DNA of 60,944 nucleotides, filler included. It is 3 parts of 3 records of this genome, joined end to end, with 100 filler letters (N's around TTAATTAATTAA, not from the genome) between each part and the next. Parts side by side here need not be neighbours in the genome. Positions count along the whole stretch, not along the records: positions 1 to 28,486 come from SRR31156797_2667; 2 more parts are not named here. One strand, written 5' to 3'. The notes under the pieces were generated by a model. That model was not told where the DNA came from and ran no database searches. It was given only the letters and a program-made list of their open reading frames with translations. The number at the start of each line of letters is the position of its first letter. The stretch's first letter is position 1. Below, in pieces: positions 10,276 through 20,372 of the stretch. The position numbers and the translations under genes were made by a program.

Positions 10276-11583
10276 TTAATAGTAATAGGTATAAAGAACT
10301 AGTTTAGGCTTATAGTCTTCGTTATCCTCTGCCCCCAGCATTACAGTCGACACAGTATTGATAAGTTCATCGCTTTCTTGCGTTATTAATAAAGCGTTAT
10401 CCTGATCGAAATATCCTGTTACCAGGCATTCAATAATGTAATCGGTAATATCGATGGAGTAATACTCCTGACTTTCGTAATTATCATCCGCAGGGTTGAG
10501 AGACAAAGCCGCTGTGTTTCCACTGCTATCTTCCAACACATCGCTTAACTTATTCACCCGGTTGGTTTCGTATGCAATCAGATAATCCGGTAAATCATTA
10601 ATATCTTCGGCCTCTTTGGTTGGAACAAGTATTAATTCTGCTTTTATAATCTGATCGAGTTGCACCAGCTGAAAAACCTCTGCTAGCCCGGGAAAGTTAA
10701 CCTTTGTAGCTAAACCTGTTGATCCTTGAATAAACGACACATTACCGGTTTCGCTTGCCTTTAGCTCTTCATCCTGCGTTTGTAATGGTGCTAAAAGAGT
10801 ATTTTCTTTAATATGATTACAGGTATTAAAATCATAGATATCACCCTCTGATCCAAACTTTATTTTAAGTTCTTCTCTTGTTTCGCCAACTCTGTGATAA
10901 TAAAGATTGATACAAACCGAATCTTCTTCTGCCATAAAACCCAGCAATGCTTTATTATTCTCGTCGCCTTTAAAAACAAGACCATTAAAGTATTCATAAA
11001 ACTTACTATAGGTTTGCATTTCATCTGCCTCTTCCATAATCATATTAAACCAATTGCTACCAAAGGCATCAGGCAATCTAAACTCCAGTTTATCTGTTTT
11101 TGCAGGACGAGGAAAAATAGAAAATGATCCGAGTGGTTCTGTACTCGTTTCAACAAGTGTTGAATTATAGTAAGAAGATTGATCTAAATCTTCCATGTTC
11201 GTTTCCAGTTCATACACCGAAAAATTAAATACTTCGGCCGTGTCGCCCAAATAATAACCATCGTAGTACATACTAATGGTAATTGAATCAAAAATATCAT
11301 CCTCTTCAAAATCATAACTTCCTTGAGGATCTAATCTGCAAACAGATTCGGAATTTATTTCTCCAATTAAAGGGTGCTGAAATTTTCCTACCAGATTTCC
11401 TGTTGCATCCGAAGTGGCAACTGAATCTAACAGTACTGTACTCAACTCTAATTCCAAATCATCAATTAAAATAATCTCAGAATTATTATCCATATACTCC
11501 TGCCCCATTTTTAATTCGTTTTGATCATCACACGAATTAAATACTACAACCATTATTATGAAGGCAAATAAAAATCTATACAT
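10276..11583 (-). CDS. DUF4270-like lipoprotein
   Basis: Lipobox FNSC after MYRFLF start; DSVATS, YYLGDT, C-terminal KPKLVLYTYYY; conserved context with FadL-like and Kelch genes. Confidence 0.7.
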   Translation of the reverse strand: MYRFLFAFIIMVVVFNSCDDQNELKMGQEYMDNNSEIILIDDLELELSTVLLDSVATSDATGNLVGKFQHPLIGEINSESVCRLDPQGSYDFEEDDIFDSITISMYYDGYYLGDTAEVFNFSVYELETNMEDLDQSSYYNSTLVETSTEPLGSFSIFPRPAKTDKLEFRLPDAFGSNWFNMIMEEADEMQTYSKFYEYFNGLVFKGDENNKALLGFMAEEDSVCINLYYHRVGETREELKIKFGSEGDIYDFNTCNHIKENTLLAPLQTQDEELKASETGNVSFIQGSTGLATKVNFPGLAEVFQLVQLDQIIKAELILVPTKEAEDINDLPDYLIAYETNRVNKLSDVLEDSSGNTAALSLNPADDNYESQEYYSIDITDYIIECLVTGYFDQDNALLITQESDELINTVSTVMLGAEDNEDYKPKLVLYTYYY

Positions 11584-11661
11584 ATCTTTATGCTTATTTT
11601 TTCGCACAAATAAAAGGCAAGTTGTATAGAGTTTAGGTATGCTATGGTTTAATGGGGCATA

Positions 11662-11822
11662 TTTATCGACGAAAGGCCATTTTTCTTCGAAAGAAAAAAC
11701 CTTTTTATCCACGAAAATTGCCAAAAATCTTGCAAGATTGTGCCCTCTACCATACCCGTCCCAAATTTCCGTTTTTCTACCTGATCAAATTCATCGGTGT
11801 TTTATTGCAATAAGTCGATAAA
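11662..11822. promoter_or_regulatory. 21-bp-spaced direct repeats (LytTR-type boxes) in the divergent promoter region
   Basis: TTTATCGACGAAA 11662, TTCTTCGAAAGAA 11683, TTTATCCACGAAA 11704; inverse copy GTCGATAAA near 11814; TATGTTTG -7 box at 11870. Confidence 0.55.
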
Positions 11823-11912
11823 AACGACGGGTATATCTAAGTCATACCTTTTATATAAATCACTCCAACTATGTTTGCGAAGTATTTAAATCATTAACAT
11901 TTCAATTTTATC

Positions 11913-12923
11913 ATGACAAATCGAGCATATAAAATATTTTTAGCACTATTCATATTCAGTATTTCATTTGTGGGATGCAAGAACGATGATGACGATGACT
12001 TTTTAGGGAACTGGATTAGAAAAGCTGACTTTGATGGAATTCCAAGAACGGAGGCCATATGCTTTACTATTGATGGAAAGGCTTATGTAGGAACCGGATA
12101 CAATATTGATAATAAAGAGCGATTAACTGATTTTTGGGTTTACGATGCAACAAAAGACTACTGGAAACAGGTTGCTGATCTTCCGGGAGCCGGACGAAAT
12201 GGAGCCATTGGATTTAGCTCAAGCACAAAAGGGTATTGCGGAACCGGTTTTGACGGTGATGACAAACTGAACGATTTTTACGAGTATAATCCATCTACAA
12301 ACGAGTGGACGCAATTAAATGATTTTCCTGGTTCTGCCAGATATGGTGCCACAGCTTTTTATGTTGATGGGAAAGGTTATTTAGGAACCGGTTACGATGA
12401 TAACTATTTGAAAGATTTCTGGTCGTACGATATTGATGCAGACAGTTGGACACAAGTTACTAGTGTCGGTGGATCTAAACGTACCAATGCAATGAACTTT
12501 GTATTAAACGGAGAAGCATACGTATTAAGTGGATTGAATAACGGTTCGTATTTAGATGATATGTATAAGTACGATGTAGAAAACGATCAGTGGATTGAAC
12601 TAGGTAAGTTAACAGATTACGAGGATGACGACTACGACGACGATTACAATGTTTCAAGATATTTAGGGGCTACATTTGTTATGAACGGAAAGGCATATGT
12701 AACGACAGGAATTCAGGGATATGTAAGTTCTGAAACCTGGGAGTATAATGCCACAAAGGATCGTTGGACACAAAAAACAGACTTTGAAGGTTCGGCCAGG
12801 TCCGGTGCTGTTGGTTTTTCTATTGACAATGTAGGTTACGTAGCAACAGGAGGAAACGGAAGCTATTCTTTTGATGATGTTTGGACACTGGAGCCAGGTG
12901 AAGAATATGAGAAGAAAGATTAA
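11913..12923 (+). CDS. Kelch-repeat (galactose oxidase-like beta-propeller) lipoprotein
   Basis: Lipobox FVGC; six repeats of R...F...GKGY.GTG...DFW.YD...W. Confidence 0.9.
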   Translation: MTNRAYKIFLALFIFSISFVGCKNDDDDDFLGNWIRKADFDGIPRTEAICFTIDGKAYVGTGYNIDNKERLTDFWVYDATKDYWKQVADLPGAGRNGAIGFSSSTKGYCGTGFDGDDKLNDFYEYNPSTNEWTQLNDFPGSARYGATAFYVDGKGYLGTGYDDNYLKDFWSYDIDADSWTQVTSVGGSKRTNAMNFVLNGEAYVLSGLNNGSYLDDMYKYDVENDQWIELGKLTDYEDDDYDDDYNVSRYLGATFVMNGKAYVTTGIQGYVSSETWEYNATKDRWTQKTDFEGSARSGAVGFSIDNVGYVATGGNGSYSFDDVWTLEPGEEYEKKD

Positions 12924-13218
12924 TCTTATAGGTATTGTAGCTACCATTATACTGGCTAGCTGCCAAATTTCGAACAACCCGGTTCTGGAAGTCAAAACAT
13001 TTAACGAACAAAACAACTGGGGTTACGAAGTCATTAAAAATGGCAAGTGCATTATTCATCAGGATTGCATTCCTGTACTAAGCGGAAATTTGCCATTTAC
13101 AAATCAGCAAGACGCTAAAAAAGTAGGCTTACTGGTTTTAAAAAAAATCAAGAATAAAGAAACACCAACTGTATCTGCTGGGGAGCTAAGGCAGTTGGGG
13201 ATTAAAGGTACTTCTTAA
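12907..13218 (+). CDS. DUF4907-like small lipoprotein
   Basis: WGYEV...IIHQDCIP...F..QQDAKKVG.LV..KI; overlaps the Kelch gene stop. Confidence 0.75.
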   Translation: MRRKINLIGIVATIILASCQISNNPVLEVKTFNEQNNWGYEVIKNGKCIIHQDCIPVLSGNLPFTNQQDAKKVGLLVLKKIKNKETPTVSAGELRQLGIKGTS

Positions 13219-13237
13219 TTGAGGTGTGTGATATTGC

Positions 13238-13274
13238 AAGGGACGGCACGTATTAGATACGTAGCGCGTCCCTT
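13238..13274. terminator. Stem-loop after the DUF4907-like gene (terminator or REP-like)
   Basis: AAGGGACG..ACGTAT-tag-ATACGT...CGTCCCTT. Confidence 0.5.
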
Positions 13275-13484
13275 CTGCGTTTATAGAAGTTTGTCTTTCT
13301 CTCTAAAAAAACCTTCCTACATCTTTATCTACCTTTTCATCCTCCCCCTTTCTCATTTATCAGCTCCATTTTCGGTTCGATACTTTAAAATACCGGTTCA
13401 CTCCTTTAATTTTCTTCCTTTTCCTTTGATTATTCATTTTTGTAAGCGAAAATCAATAGTAGAAAACAAATAAAATATATACAC

Positions 13485-14597
13485 ATGAAAAAGAGAATTA
13501 TTGCCATTTCAACCGCTATTGCTATAATAGTGTTGGCATTATTTATAGTAAAATCTTTGCCTGCTAAAACGGCTCCGGAAGCAACAAACAAAGCACCTAA
13601 AGCCACTTTAATAGATGTAATCTATCCCAAAGCAGGAGAAGTGGCTTACGAATTAACTTCTACAGGTAAACTTACAGCGGTAGAACGTTTCGAGATTTTT
13701 TCGCAGGTTGATGGACAACTGTTAGAATCTGCTCAATTATTCAAAGAGGGTAAAAAATACCAAAAGGGAGAAGTTATGCTGGCCGTAGATGCACAGGAAT
13801 ACAAAATGACCCTGCTAGCTGCCAAAAGTGACTTTATTACTTTGCTGACTTCTATTCTTCCGGATTTAAAATCGGATTATCCTGAAGCTTATTCTCAATG
13901 GCGTCAGTATGTGTTGGATATTGATGTAAATAAGCAATTACCAACTATGCCTGAACCAAATGATTCTCAGGAGAAATTTTTCCTAAGTGGCAAAGGCGTT
14001 TATTCTAGTTATTATAATATTCAATCCGGCGAAGAAAAGTTTGCCAAGTACACCATCAAAGCACCATTCAACGGAATTGTAACTTCATCTCAAGTAGTTG
14101 CTGGTAAAGCTATTCGTCCAGGAACAGAACTTGGTGCATTTATTAATCCTGAAGTATACGACCTTGAAGTAACCCTGCCATTAACTGCTATGCGCGATAT
14201 TGAACCGGGTACCGAAGCTGTTTTAAATTCGACAGAAATTAAAGGCGAATGGACTGGAAAAGTTATACGTATTGGTGGTGATATTGATGAGTTATCGCAA
14301 AGTGTAAAAGTATTTATTCGTACTCGTGGTAACAACCTTAAAGAGGGCATGTTCCTTACTGCAAATATTTCACTAAATCCATATGCAAACGCTATTAGTC
14401 TCCCTCGCAAGATGTTAAATGATCAAAACCAATTATTCGTGGTAAAAGACGGAAAACTACAACGTAAACAGGTAACTGTTTTAATGCGTCAGGGTGATTT
14501 GGCCATTGTAGAAGGTTTAAACAGCGACGAACCTGTATTGTCAACTGTTATTAAAAATGCTTACGAAGGAATGCCGGTAGTTATCAGTGAACAGTAA
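13485..14597 (+). CDS. RND efflux membrane fusion protein
   Basis: N-terminal TM anchor, SQVDG, TIKAPFNG, LKEGMF. Confidence 0.92.
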   Translation: MKKRIIAISTAIAIIVLALFIVKSLPAKTAPEATNKAPKATLIDVIYPKAGEVAYELTSTGKLTAVERFEIFSQVDGQLLESAQLFKEGKKYQKGEVMLAVDAQEYKMTLLAAKSDFITLLTSILPDLKSDYPEAYSQWRQYVLDIDVNKQLPTMPEPNDSQEKFFLSGKGVYSSYYNIQSGEEKFAKYTIKAPFNGIVTSSQVVAGKAIRPGTELGAFINPEVYDLEVTLPLTAMRDIEPGTEAVLNSTEIKGEWTGKVIRIGGDIDELSQSVKVFIRTRGNNLKEGMFLTANISLNPYANAISLPRKMLNDQNQLFVVKDGKLQRKQVTVLMRQGDLAIVEGLNSDEPVLSTVIKNAYEGMPVVISEQ

Positions 14598-14765
14598 ACA
14601 GTTTACAGTGAACAATGAGCAGTGAATAGTAAACAGTAGGCAGTGGGCAGTCAATAGTAGGCAGTCAATAGTATTCTGCTAATTAAAAACTGGCTACTGT
14701 AGACTGAAGACTGAGTACTGATAACTGAAGACTTGAGACTGAAGACTGTGGACTGAAGACTGACT
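14585..14765. repeat. Inverted pair of heptamer arrays (13 x YARTNNN then 11 x ACTKNNN)
   Basis: cagtgaa cagtaaa cagttta... from 14585 to 14675; actggct actgtag actgaag... from 14689 to 14765. Confidence 0.9.
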
Positions 14766-14787
14766 TGTGTTTAAAAAAGAATAATTC

Positions 14788-17700
14788 ATGAAGAAAATAA
14801 TATCCTATTTCATCAAATTCCCATTAGCGGTTAATTTGATTATGATTTTTGTGGGCATTTTTGGAGCTGTTGCGTTGCTGACGATGCAGCGAAACTTCTT
14901 TCCTAATGTGCCTTTACGAAATATTTATATTGATATTTTATATCCTGGTGCTTCTCCCGAAGAGGTGGAAGAAGGTGCCATCCTTAAGATTGAGGAAAAC
15001 ATTAAAGGCCTTGAGAACATGGAGCGTGTTACTTCTGTTTCGCGCGAAAACAGCGGTACGGTAACCATTGAGATGGAAAAAGGTACCGATATGGACGAGG
15101 CCTTAATTAAAGTAAAAAACGAAGTGGAGCGAATTGCTTCCTTCCCGGTGAATATTGAATCGGTAGTGACTTACAAGCACGACGATGTTAATTTTGCATT
15201 GTCCTTTGTTATTACTGCCCGCGAAAACAAGCAGGTGAGCTTAAAGCAACTAAAATCTGTTGCCCGTGATATTGAGCACGACCTGTTAAAAATGCCGGGT
15301 ATTTCAAAAATTGAAATTGGAGGTTACCCTGACGAAGAAATTGCCATCTTACTCAATGAGCAAAAATTGGAGGCCTATCAAATCACTTTTGAAGAAATTG
15401 CTAAAGCAGTATCTTCTACCAACCTTATTATGACAGGAGGTAGTGTAAAAGATGGTGAAGAGGAGTTTTATATTCGTGTTAGAAACCGTAATTACCAAAG
15501 TGAAGGTATTGAAGACATTGTTGTAAGAAGCACAGCCAATGGGGGTGTTATACGTCTGAAAGATGTGGCTGAATTAAGAGATATGTGGGCTGATACACCT
15601 TCGCAAGTACTATTTAACGGTAAACAAGCAGTTGTATTTACCATTAACAATACTTTTAGCGAGGATGTACTTTCCTCTACAGAAACCATTAAAGAATACC
15701 TGGAGAAATTTAATCAGGAACAGGATTTACTGGAAGCAACAGTAAACAGGGATGCCAGTATTTTGCTTAACCAACGTATCGATCTTCTTTTCAGAAACGG
15801 ACGATTAGGTATATTACTGGTACTATTGTTTTTATCCTTGTTTTTAAATCCTCGAATCGCATTTTGGGTTGCCGTTGGAATTCCTTTCTCTTTATTTGGA
15901 ATGTTTATCATGCTGCAGGTTACTACTGTAACCATCAACATGCTTTCGCTGTTCGGATTAATTCTGGTGCTGGGTATTCTGGTGGACGACGCTATTGTGG
16001 TTGCCGAAAATGTCTATCGACACTGGGCTATGGGTAAAACACCGATTAAGGCTGCTATTGATGGAACCCTTGAGGTAACACCAGCTGTAATATCAGGCGT
16101 AATCACTACCATGATTGCCTTCTCATCTTTTATCTTTCTTGATGGAAGAATGGGTGATATGTTCAAGGAAATATCTATCATCGTTATCTTCATCTTATTT
16201 GTATCCTTAATTGAAGGATTATTGTTACTTCCATCGCACCTTGCACATTCCAAAGCTTTAAGCAAAGGAGATGCTGGCTGGTGGAAAAGAAACATGGGAT
16301 GGGCCGAAAAAGGGGTTATTCATTTTGCCGAAAACTACTATAAGCCTTTTATCAGTTGGGCAATTAATCATCGTACCATAACCCTTGCTGTTTTTACAGC
16401 TCTATTTATTTTATCTATCGGTTTGGTGCGTGCCAGAGTGGTTGGCTCAACCTTTTTCCCGCAGGTTGAGGGTGATAACTTTTCTGTTTCACTGGTTATG
16501 CCAGCCGGTACTGAAGACGAGGTAACTCAATTGTCGTTGAATAAAATTTACAATGCCATTTGGGAGGTAAATGATGATTTAAAAGAAAATAATACTGAAG
16601 ATAAAAGCATCATCGATAAAGTGTACCAGCAATTTAAAGGTTCCGGGCACTCTGCCATTATTATGGTACAATTGGTGGATGCAGAAAGCAGAAATTCTAC
16701 CACCAACCAGGTTATTGGAAGAATTCGAGAAAAAGTAGGTGATATTCCGGGAGCTGAATCATTACTATACGAAGGCTTTAATCCTTTTGGAAAACCCTTT
16801 GTGTTAAGTTTGGTGGGAGATGATAACAAGGAATTACAAGCGGCAAAGGAGGAGCTGAAAATCATCCTTAAAAACAGACCTGAATTAACTGATGTTTCGG
16901 ATAATGCACCTATTGGTTTCCGGGAAATTGAGCTTACGCTGAAAGAAAAAGGATTACGACTGGGTATTACTTATCAGGATGTGATTTCGCAAGTAAGAAA
17001 TGCCTTTTTTGGTCGCGAAGCACAACGTATTCAGCGTGGAAAAGACGAAGTGAAAATTTGGGTAAGATATGATATTGAAAACCGTCGTTCAATTGGGCAG
17101 TTAGAGAATATGAAAATCCGTTTAGGTAACGGAGTAGCGTATCCATTAACTGAGATTGCTACACTAAAAACGGTAAATGGAGTTTCCAATGTTCGTCACT
17201 TAAGCTTTGAACGCGAAGTACAATTGGAAGCCAACCTTACTGATCCTGGTTCCTCGGTTCCGGATATTATGAAAGATCTGAGAGAGGAAGTATTAGACCC
17301 GCTGTTTGAAAAATATCCGGGTGTACGTCCTGTTTATGATGGTCAAAAACGTGAAACAGACAAAGTAAAAAATTCCGCCATGATAACTATTCCGGTGGTG
17401 TTATTGCTGATGTTTGCCATCGTTATTTTAACCTTACGTTCTGTGGCGCAAAGTATGTTGGTGTATGCTATGATCCCTTTAAGTTTTGTAGGTGTAGTAG
17501 TTGGACATTGGATTCATGGTATGAGCATTAGTTTAATGTCATTTATGGGAATGGTAGCCCTGGTTGGGGTAATGATCAACGACAGTTTGGTATTAATAAA
17601 TGCACTTAATCTAAACTTAAAAGCAGGTATGAAATACCAGGAAGCCTTGATAAATGCAGGTGTATCGCGCTTTCGTCCGATATTGCTGACCACCTTAACC

Positions 17701-17952
17701 ACGGTAGTAGGTATGGCACCAATGGTATTAGAAACCAGTATGCAAGCTCGTTTCTTAATTCCTGTAGCTCTTTCGTTGGCCTACGGAATGATTATGGCTA
17801 CTACTACTACCTTGGTATTATTACCTGTAGTATTAACTATAACTAATAATTCACGGGTAAGTATTCTTTCTGTTATTAAAGGAAGAAAACTAACAAACGA
17901 AGAAGTGGAAAATGCCATTAAAGAGATGAAATACGAAAACAATGAAGAGTAA
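14788..17952 (+). CDS. RND efflux permease (AcrB/AcrD/AcrF family)
   Basis: YPGASPEEVE, GILVDDAIVVAENV, RFRPILLTTLTT; 1054 aa. Confidence 0.95.
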   Translation: MKKIISYFIKFPLAVNLIMIFVGIFGAVALLTMQRNFFPNVPLRNIYIDILYPGASPEEVEEGAILKIEENIKGLENMERVTSVSRENSGTVTIEMEKGTDMDEALIKVKNEVERIASFPVNIESVVTYKHDDVNFALSFVITARENKQVSLKQLKSVARDIEHDLLKMPGISKIEIGGYPDEEIAILLNEQKLEAYQITFEEIAKAVSSTNLIMTGGSVKDGEEEFYIRVRNRNYQSEGIEDIVVRSTANGGVIRLKDVAELRDMWADTPSQVLFNGKQAVVFTINNTFSEDVLSSTETIKEYLEKFNQEQDLLEATVNRDASILLNQRIDLLFRNGRLGILLVLLFLSLFLNPRIAFWVAVGIPFSLFGMFIMLQVTTVTINMLSLFGLILVLGILVDDAIVVAENVYRHWAMGKTPIKAAIDGTLEVTPAVISGVITTMIAFSSFIFLDGRMGDMFKEISIIVIFILFVSLIEGLLLLPSHLAHSKALSKGDAGWWKRNMGWAEKGVIHFAENYYKPFISWAINHRTITLAVFTALFILSIGLVRARVVGSTFFPQVEGDNFSVSLVMPAGTEDEVTQLSLNKIYNAIWEVNDDLKENNTEDKSIIDKVYQQFKGSGHSAIIMVQLVDAESRNSTTNQVIGRIREKVGDIPGAESLLYEGFNPFGKPFVLSLVGDDNKELQAAKEELKIILKNRPELTDVSDNAPIGFREIELTLKEKGLRLGITYQDVISQVRNAFFGREAQRIQRGKDEVKIWVRYDIENRRSIGQLENMKIRLGNGVAYPLTEIATLKTVNGVSNVRHLSFEREVQLEANLTDPGSSVPDIMKDLREEVLDPLFEKYPGVRPVYDGQKRETDKVKNSAMITIPVVLLLMFAIVILTLRSVAQSMLVYAMIPLSFVGVVVGHWIHGMSISLMSFMGMVALVGVMINDSLVLINALNLNLKAGMKYQEALINAGVSRFRPILLTTLTTVVGMAPMVLETSMQARFLIPVALSLAYGMIMATTTTLVLLPVVLTITNNSRVSILSVIKGRKLTNEEVENAIKEMKYENNEE

Positions 17953-19297
17953 TCCATCCACAAACAACAAAAAGATGTTTAATAAAATTCAAATATTGGT
18001 AGTCCTTGTTTTATGTGGACTACCTTCCTTAAAAGCGCAGGAATCTTTTGATAAACTGAACTTGGATAAAGCCATACAAACGGCTTTGGAGCATAATTAC
18101 GATTTAAAAATTGCGAAAAACCAGTTGCAAGCTGTTCAAAATAACAATAGTATAGGCAATGCTGGAATGTTACCATCTGTTTCATTAAGTGGTGGAGCCA
18201 GCTACGGTGTAAACGATACCGAAAGCGAAACGGCTACAGTAGTGATTAATCAGGATGATGTTGAAACAACACAATACAATGGAAGTGCACGCGTTGATTA
18301 TACTTTGTTTGATGGTTTTGGAAATCGTTATACCTATAAAAAACTGAAACAATTAGATGCACAGCAACAGGTGATATTCAAACAACAAATGGAAATGACG
18401 ATTTTGCAGGTTGTTCAATTATATTACCAGGCATGTAGCGCACAACAAAACTTAAAACTGGCTAAAGAATCAATGCAGATATCAACCGAGCGTTATATAA
18501 AAGCCGTTGATCGTAAAAAATACGGTCAGGCCAATACACTGGATGTACTCAATGCCGAAGTAGATATGAACAGCGACAGCACACGCATCTTAAATACAGA
18601 GCAAACTTACCTGATGGCTATTAAAGATTTGAATGTAGCTTTAGGTATTCCTGTAGAAAGTGAGTACAGTGTTATTGACGATTTGAGTTTTGATAAAATT
18701 TTCAATCAGGAACAAGTGGTGGAAAAAGCTCTTGCAAACAATACAAGCTTACAAACTCAGCTTCAACAGGAAGAAATTACTCAATTGGATTTAAAGCTGG
18801 CCAAAGCTGGTCGATACCCAACTTTATCGGCTTATGGTGAATACAGCTACAGTCAGGTAGAAAACAGTGCCGGTTTTACTTTGTACAATAAAAGCAATGG
18901 TATAAACAGTGGACTTTCATTACGATTTAATGTATTTAACGGGCAACAACAACGCACCAAGGTAAAAAATGCCAAGCTTAATGTTTTAAATGAACAAGAA
19001 AGAACGCAATTGGCAAAATCAGAACTGGAGAGAGATGCCATTAATGCCTATACTGATTATACGTATAAAAAGCGCATTGTAGATTTACAACAAAGCAGTC
19101 TGGTGCAAGCCGAACTTAATTTTGAGCAAACTAAAGAAATGTTTAAACTTGGACGTGTAACATCTATCGAGTTCAGAACAGCTCAGCAAAACATGCTTAA
19201 TGTGGCTAACAATTACAATGATGCCCGTTTTAATGCCAAAGTGTCTGAATACAATTTAATGCAGATTACCGGAGAATTACTTGGTTTTAACGAGTAA
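17942..19297 (+). CDS. TolC family outer membrane efflux protein
   Basis: L..AI..AL..N, LPSVSL, YTLFDG, VFNG repeats; start may be 17975. Confidence 0.9.
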   Translation: MKSNPSTNNKKMFNKIQILVVLVLCGLPSLKAQESFDKLNLDKAIQTALEHNYDLKIAKNQLQAVQNNNSIGNAGMLPSVSLSGGASYGVNDTESETATVVINQDDVETTQYNGSARVDYTLFDGFGNRYTYKKLKQLDAQQQVIFKQQMEMTILQVVQLYYQACSAQQNLKLAKESMQISTERYIKAVDRKKYGQANTLDVLNAEVDMNSDSTRILNTEQTYLMAIKDLNVALGIPVESEYSVIDDLSFDKIFNQEQVVEKALANNTSLQTQLQQEEITQLDLKLAKAGRYPTLSAYGEYSYSQVENSAGFTLYNKSNGINSGLSLRFNVFNGQQQRTKVKNAKLNVLNEQERTQLAKSELERDAINAYTDYTYKKRIVDLQQSSLVQAELNFEQTKEMFKLGRVTSIEFRTAQQNMLNVANNYNDARFNAKVSEYNLMQITGELLGFNE

Positions 19298-19328
19298 TGA
19301 AAAACTGAAAAAGAAACAAATCTACAAA

Positions 19329-20372
19329 ATGAGAAACAGCGATTTAAAAGTTTTAATGGTGCCTTTGGTGGTATTACTGGTAATATCTTCCTCATTAATC
19401 ATCATGTTGTTAACAGGGTATGCCAATATCGATCAGGTGATACACTTTATGCCCTTGGGAAAAATCATTACCATCGTAGCGCATGCTTCCATCGTTGTTT
19501 CGGTTTTTTATTTTGCAATATCCTTTTTCAATAAAAAAATTCCGTGGAGTAAAATATGGACACTTCGGCTTTTAGCTGATATTGCTCTTGTTATCACTTT
19601 ATCATTTATAGGCATATCCTCATTACTGTATCTTGAAAAGTTAAAGCTATTTCCCATGAGAATGCCACATGGAGGTCGGGAACTGTTGTACATTGTTCCT
19701 ATAATGATGAATTCATTATATCTGGTTTTGATAGAAACAATACTGGCTATGAATGAGCGAAATCAACTGGCCAACAAGCTTCAGAAAATTGAAGAGCATC
19801 ATCTTAAAATGAAATATGGCGCATTGAAAACGCAACTAGATCACCATTTTCTGTTTAATAACCTGAGTGTGCTTTCTTCCATTATTTATGAAGATGTGGA
19901 CAAAGCCGACCGCTTTATTACAAAGTTTGCACAGGTTTATCGTTATGTGCTATCTATTAATAAAAGAGATTTGGTTTCGCTGGAGGAAGAAATAGAGTTT
20001 ATTAAAAGCTACTTATTATTATATAAATTCCGATTTGAGGAAGGCTTTGATTATCACATTAACATTGAAAGTGAAAAGCTAAAGATGCAGATTCCTCCGT
20101 TGACGCTCCAGGTGCTGGTTGAAAATGCTATTAAGCACAATATGGTGTCCCGAACAAATCCTTTGCAGATTGATATTTTAAATGAAGGAGGAATTCTGAA
20201 AGTAAAAAACAACCTGCAAAAAAGAGAAGAACCTTTGTCGGATTCCACGCATACAGGACAATCTAATATTTGCGAAAAATGCGAATTATTAAACGTAGCA
20301 TTACCTGTTATTGAAGTCAATGAAGATAGTTATTCAGTTGCCATTACCTTAATTCCTGCGGATCATGTTTAA
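19329..20372 (+). CDS. LytS/YehU family sensor histidine kinase
   Basis: LKTQLDHHFLFNNL, YRYVL, IPPLTLQVLVENAIKHN; N-terminal TM helices. Confidence 0.9.
   Translation: MRNSDLKVLMVPLVVLLVISSSLIIMLLTGYANIDQVIHFMPLGKIITIVAHASIVVSVFYFAISFFNKKIPWSKIWTLRLLADIALVITLSFIGISSLLYLEKLKLFPMRMPHGGRELLYIVPIMMNSLYLVLIETILAMNERNQLANKLQKIEEHHLKMKYGALKTQLDHHFLFNNLSVLSSIIYEDVDKADRFITKFAQVYRYVLSINKRDLVSLEEEIEFIKSYLLLYKFRFEEGFDYHINIESEKLKMQIPPLTLQVLVENAIKHNMVSRTNPLQIDILNEGGILKVKNNLQKREEPLSDSTHTGQSNICEKCELLNVALPVIEVNEDSYSVAITLIPADHV

Noticed and set aside
13219-13473. 84-aa ORF upstream of the MFP gene
   Set aside because: TTG start; spans a hairpin and the promoter region; low-complexity translation
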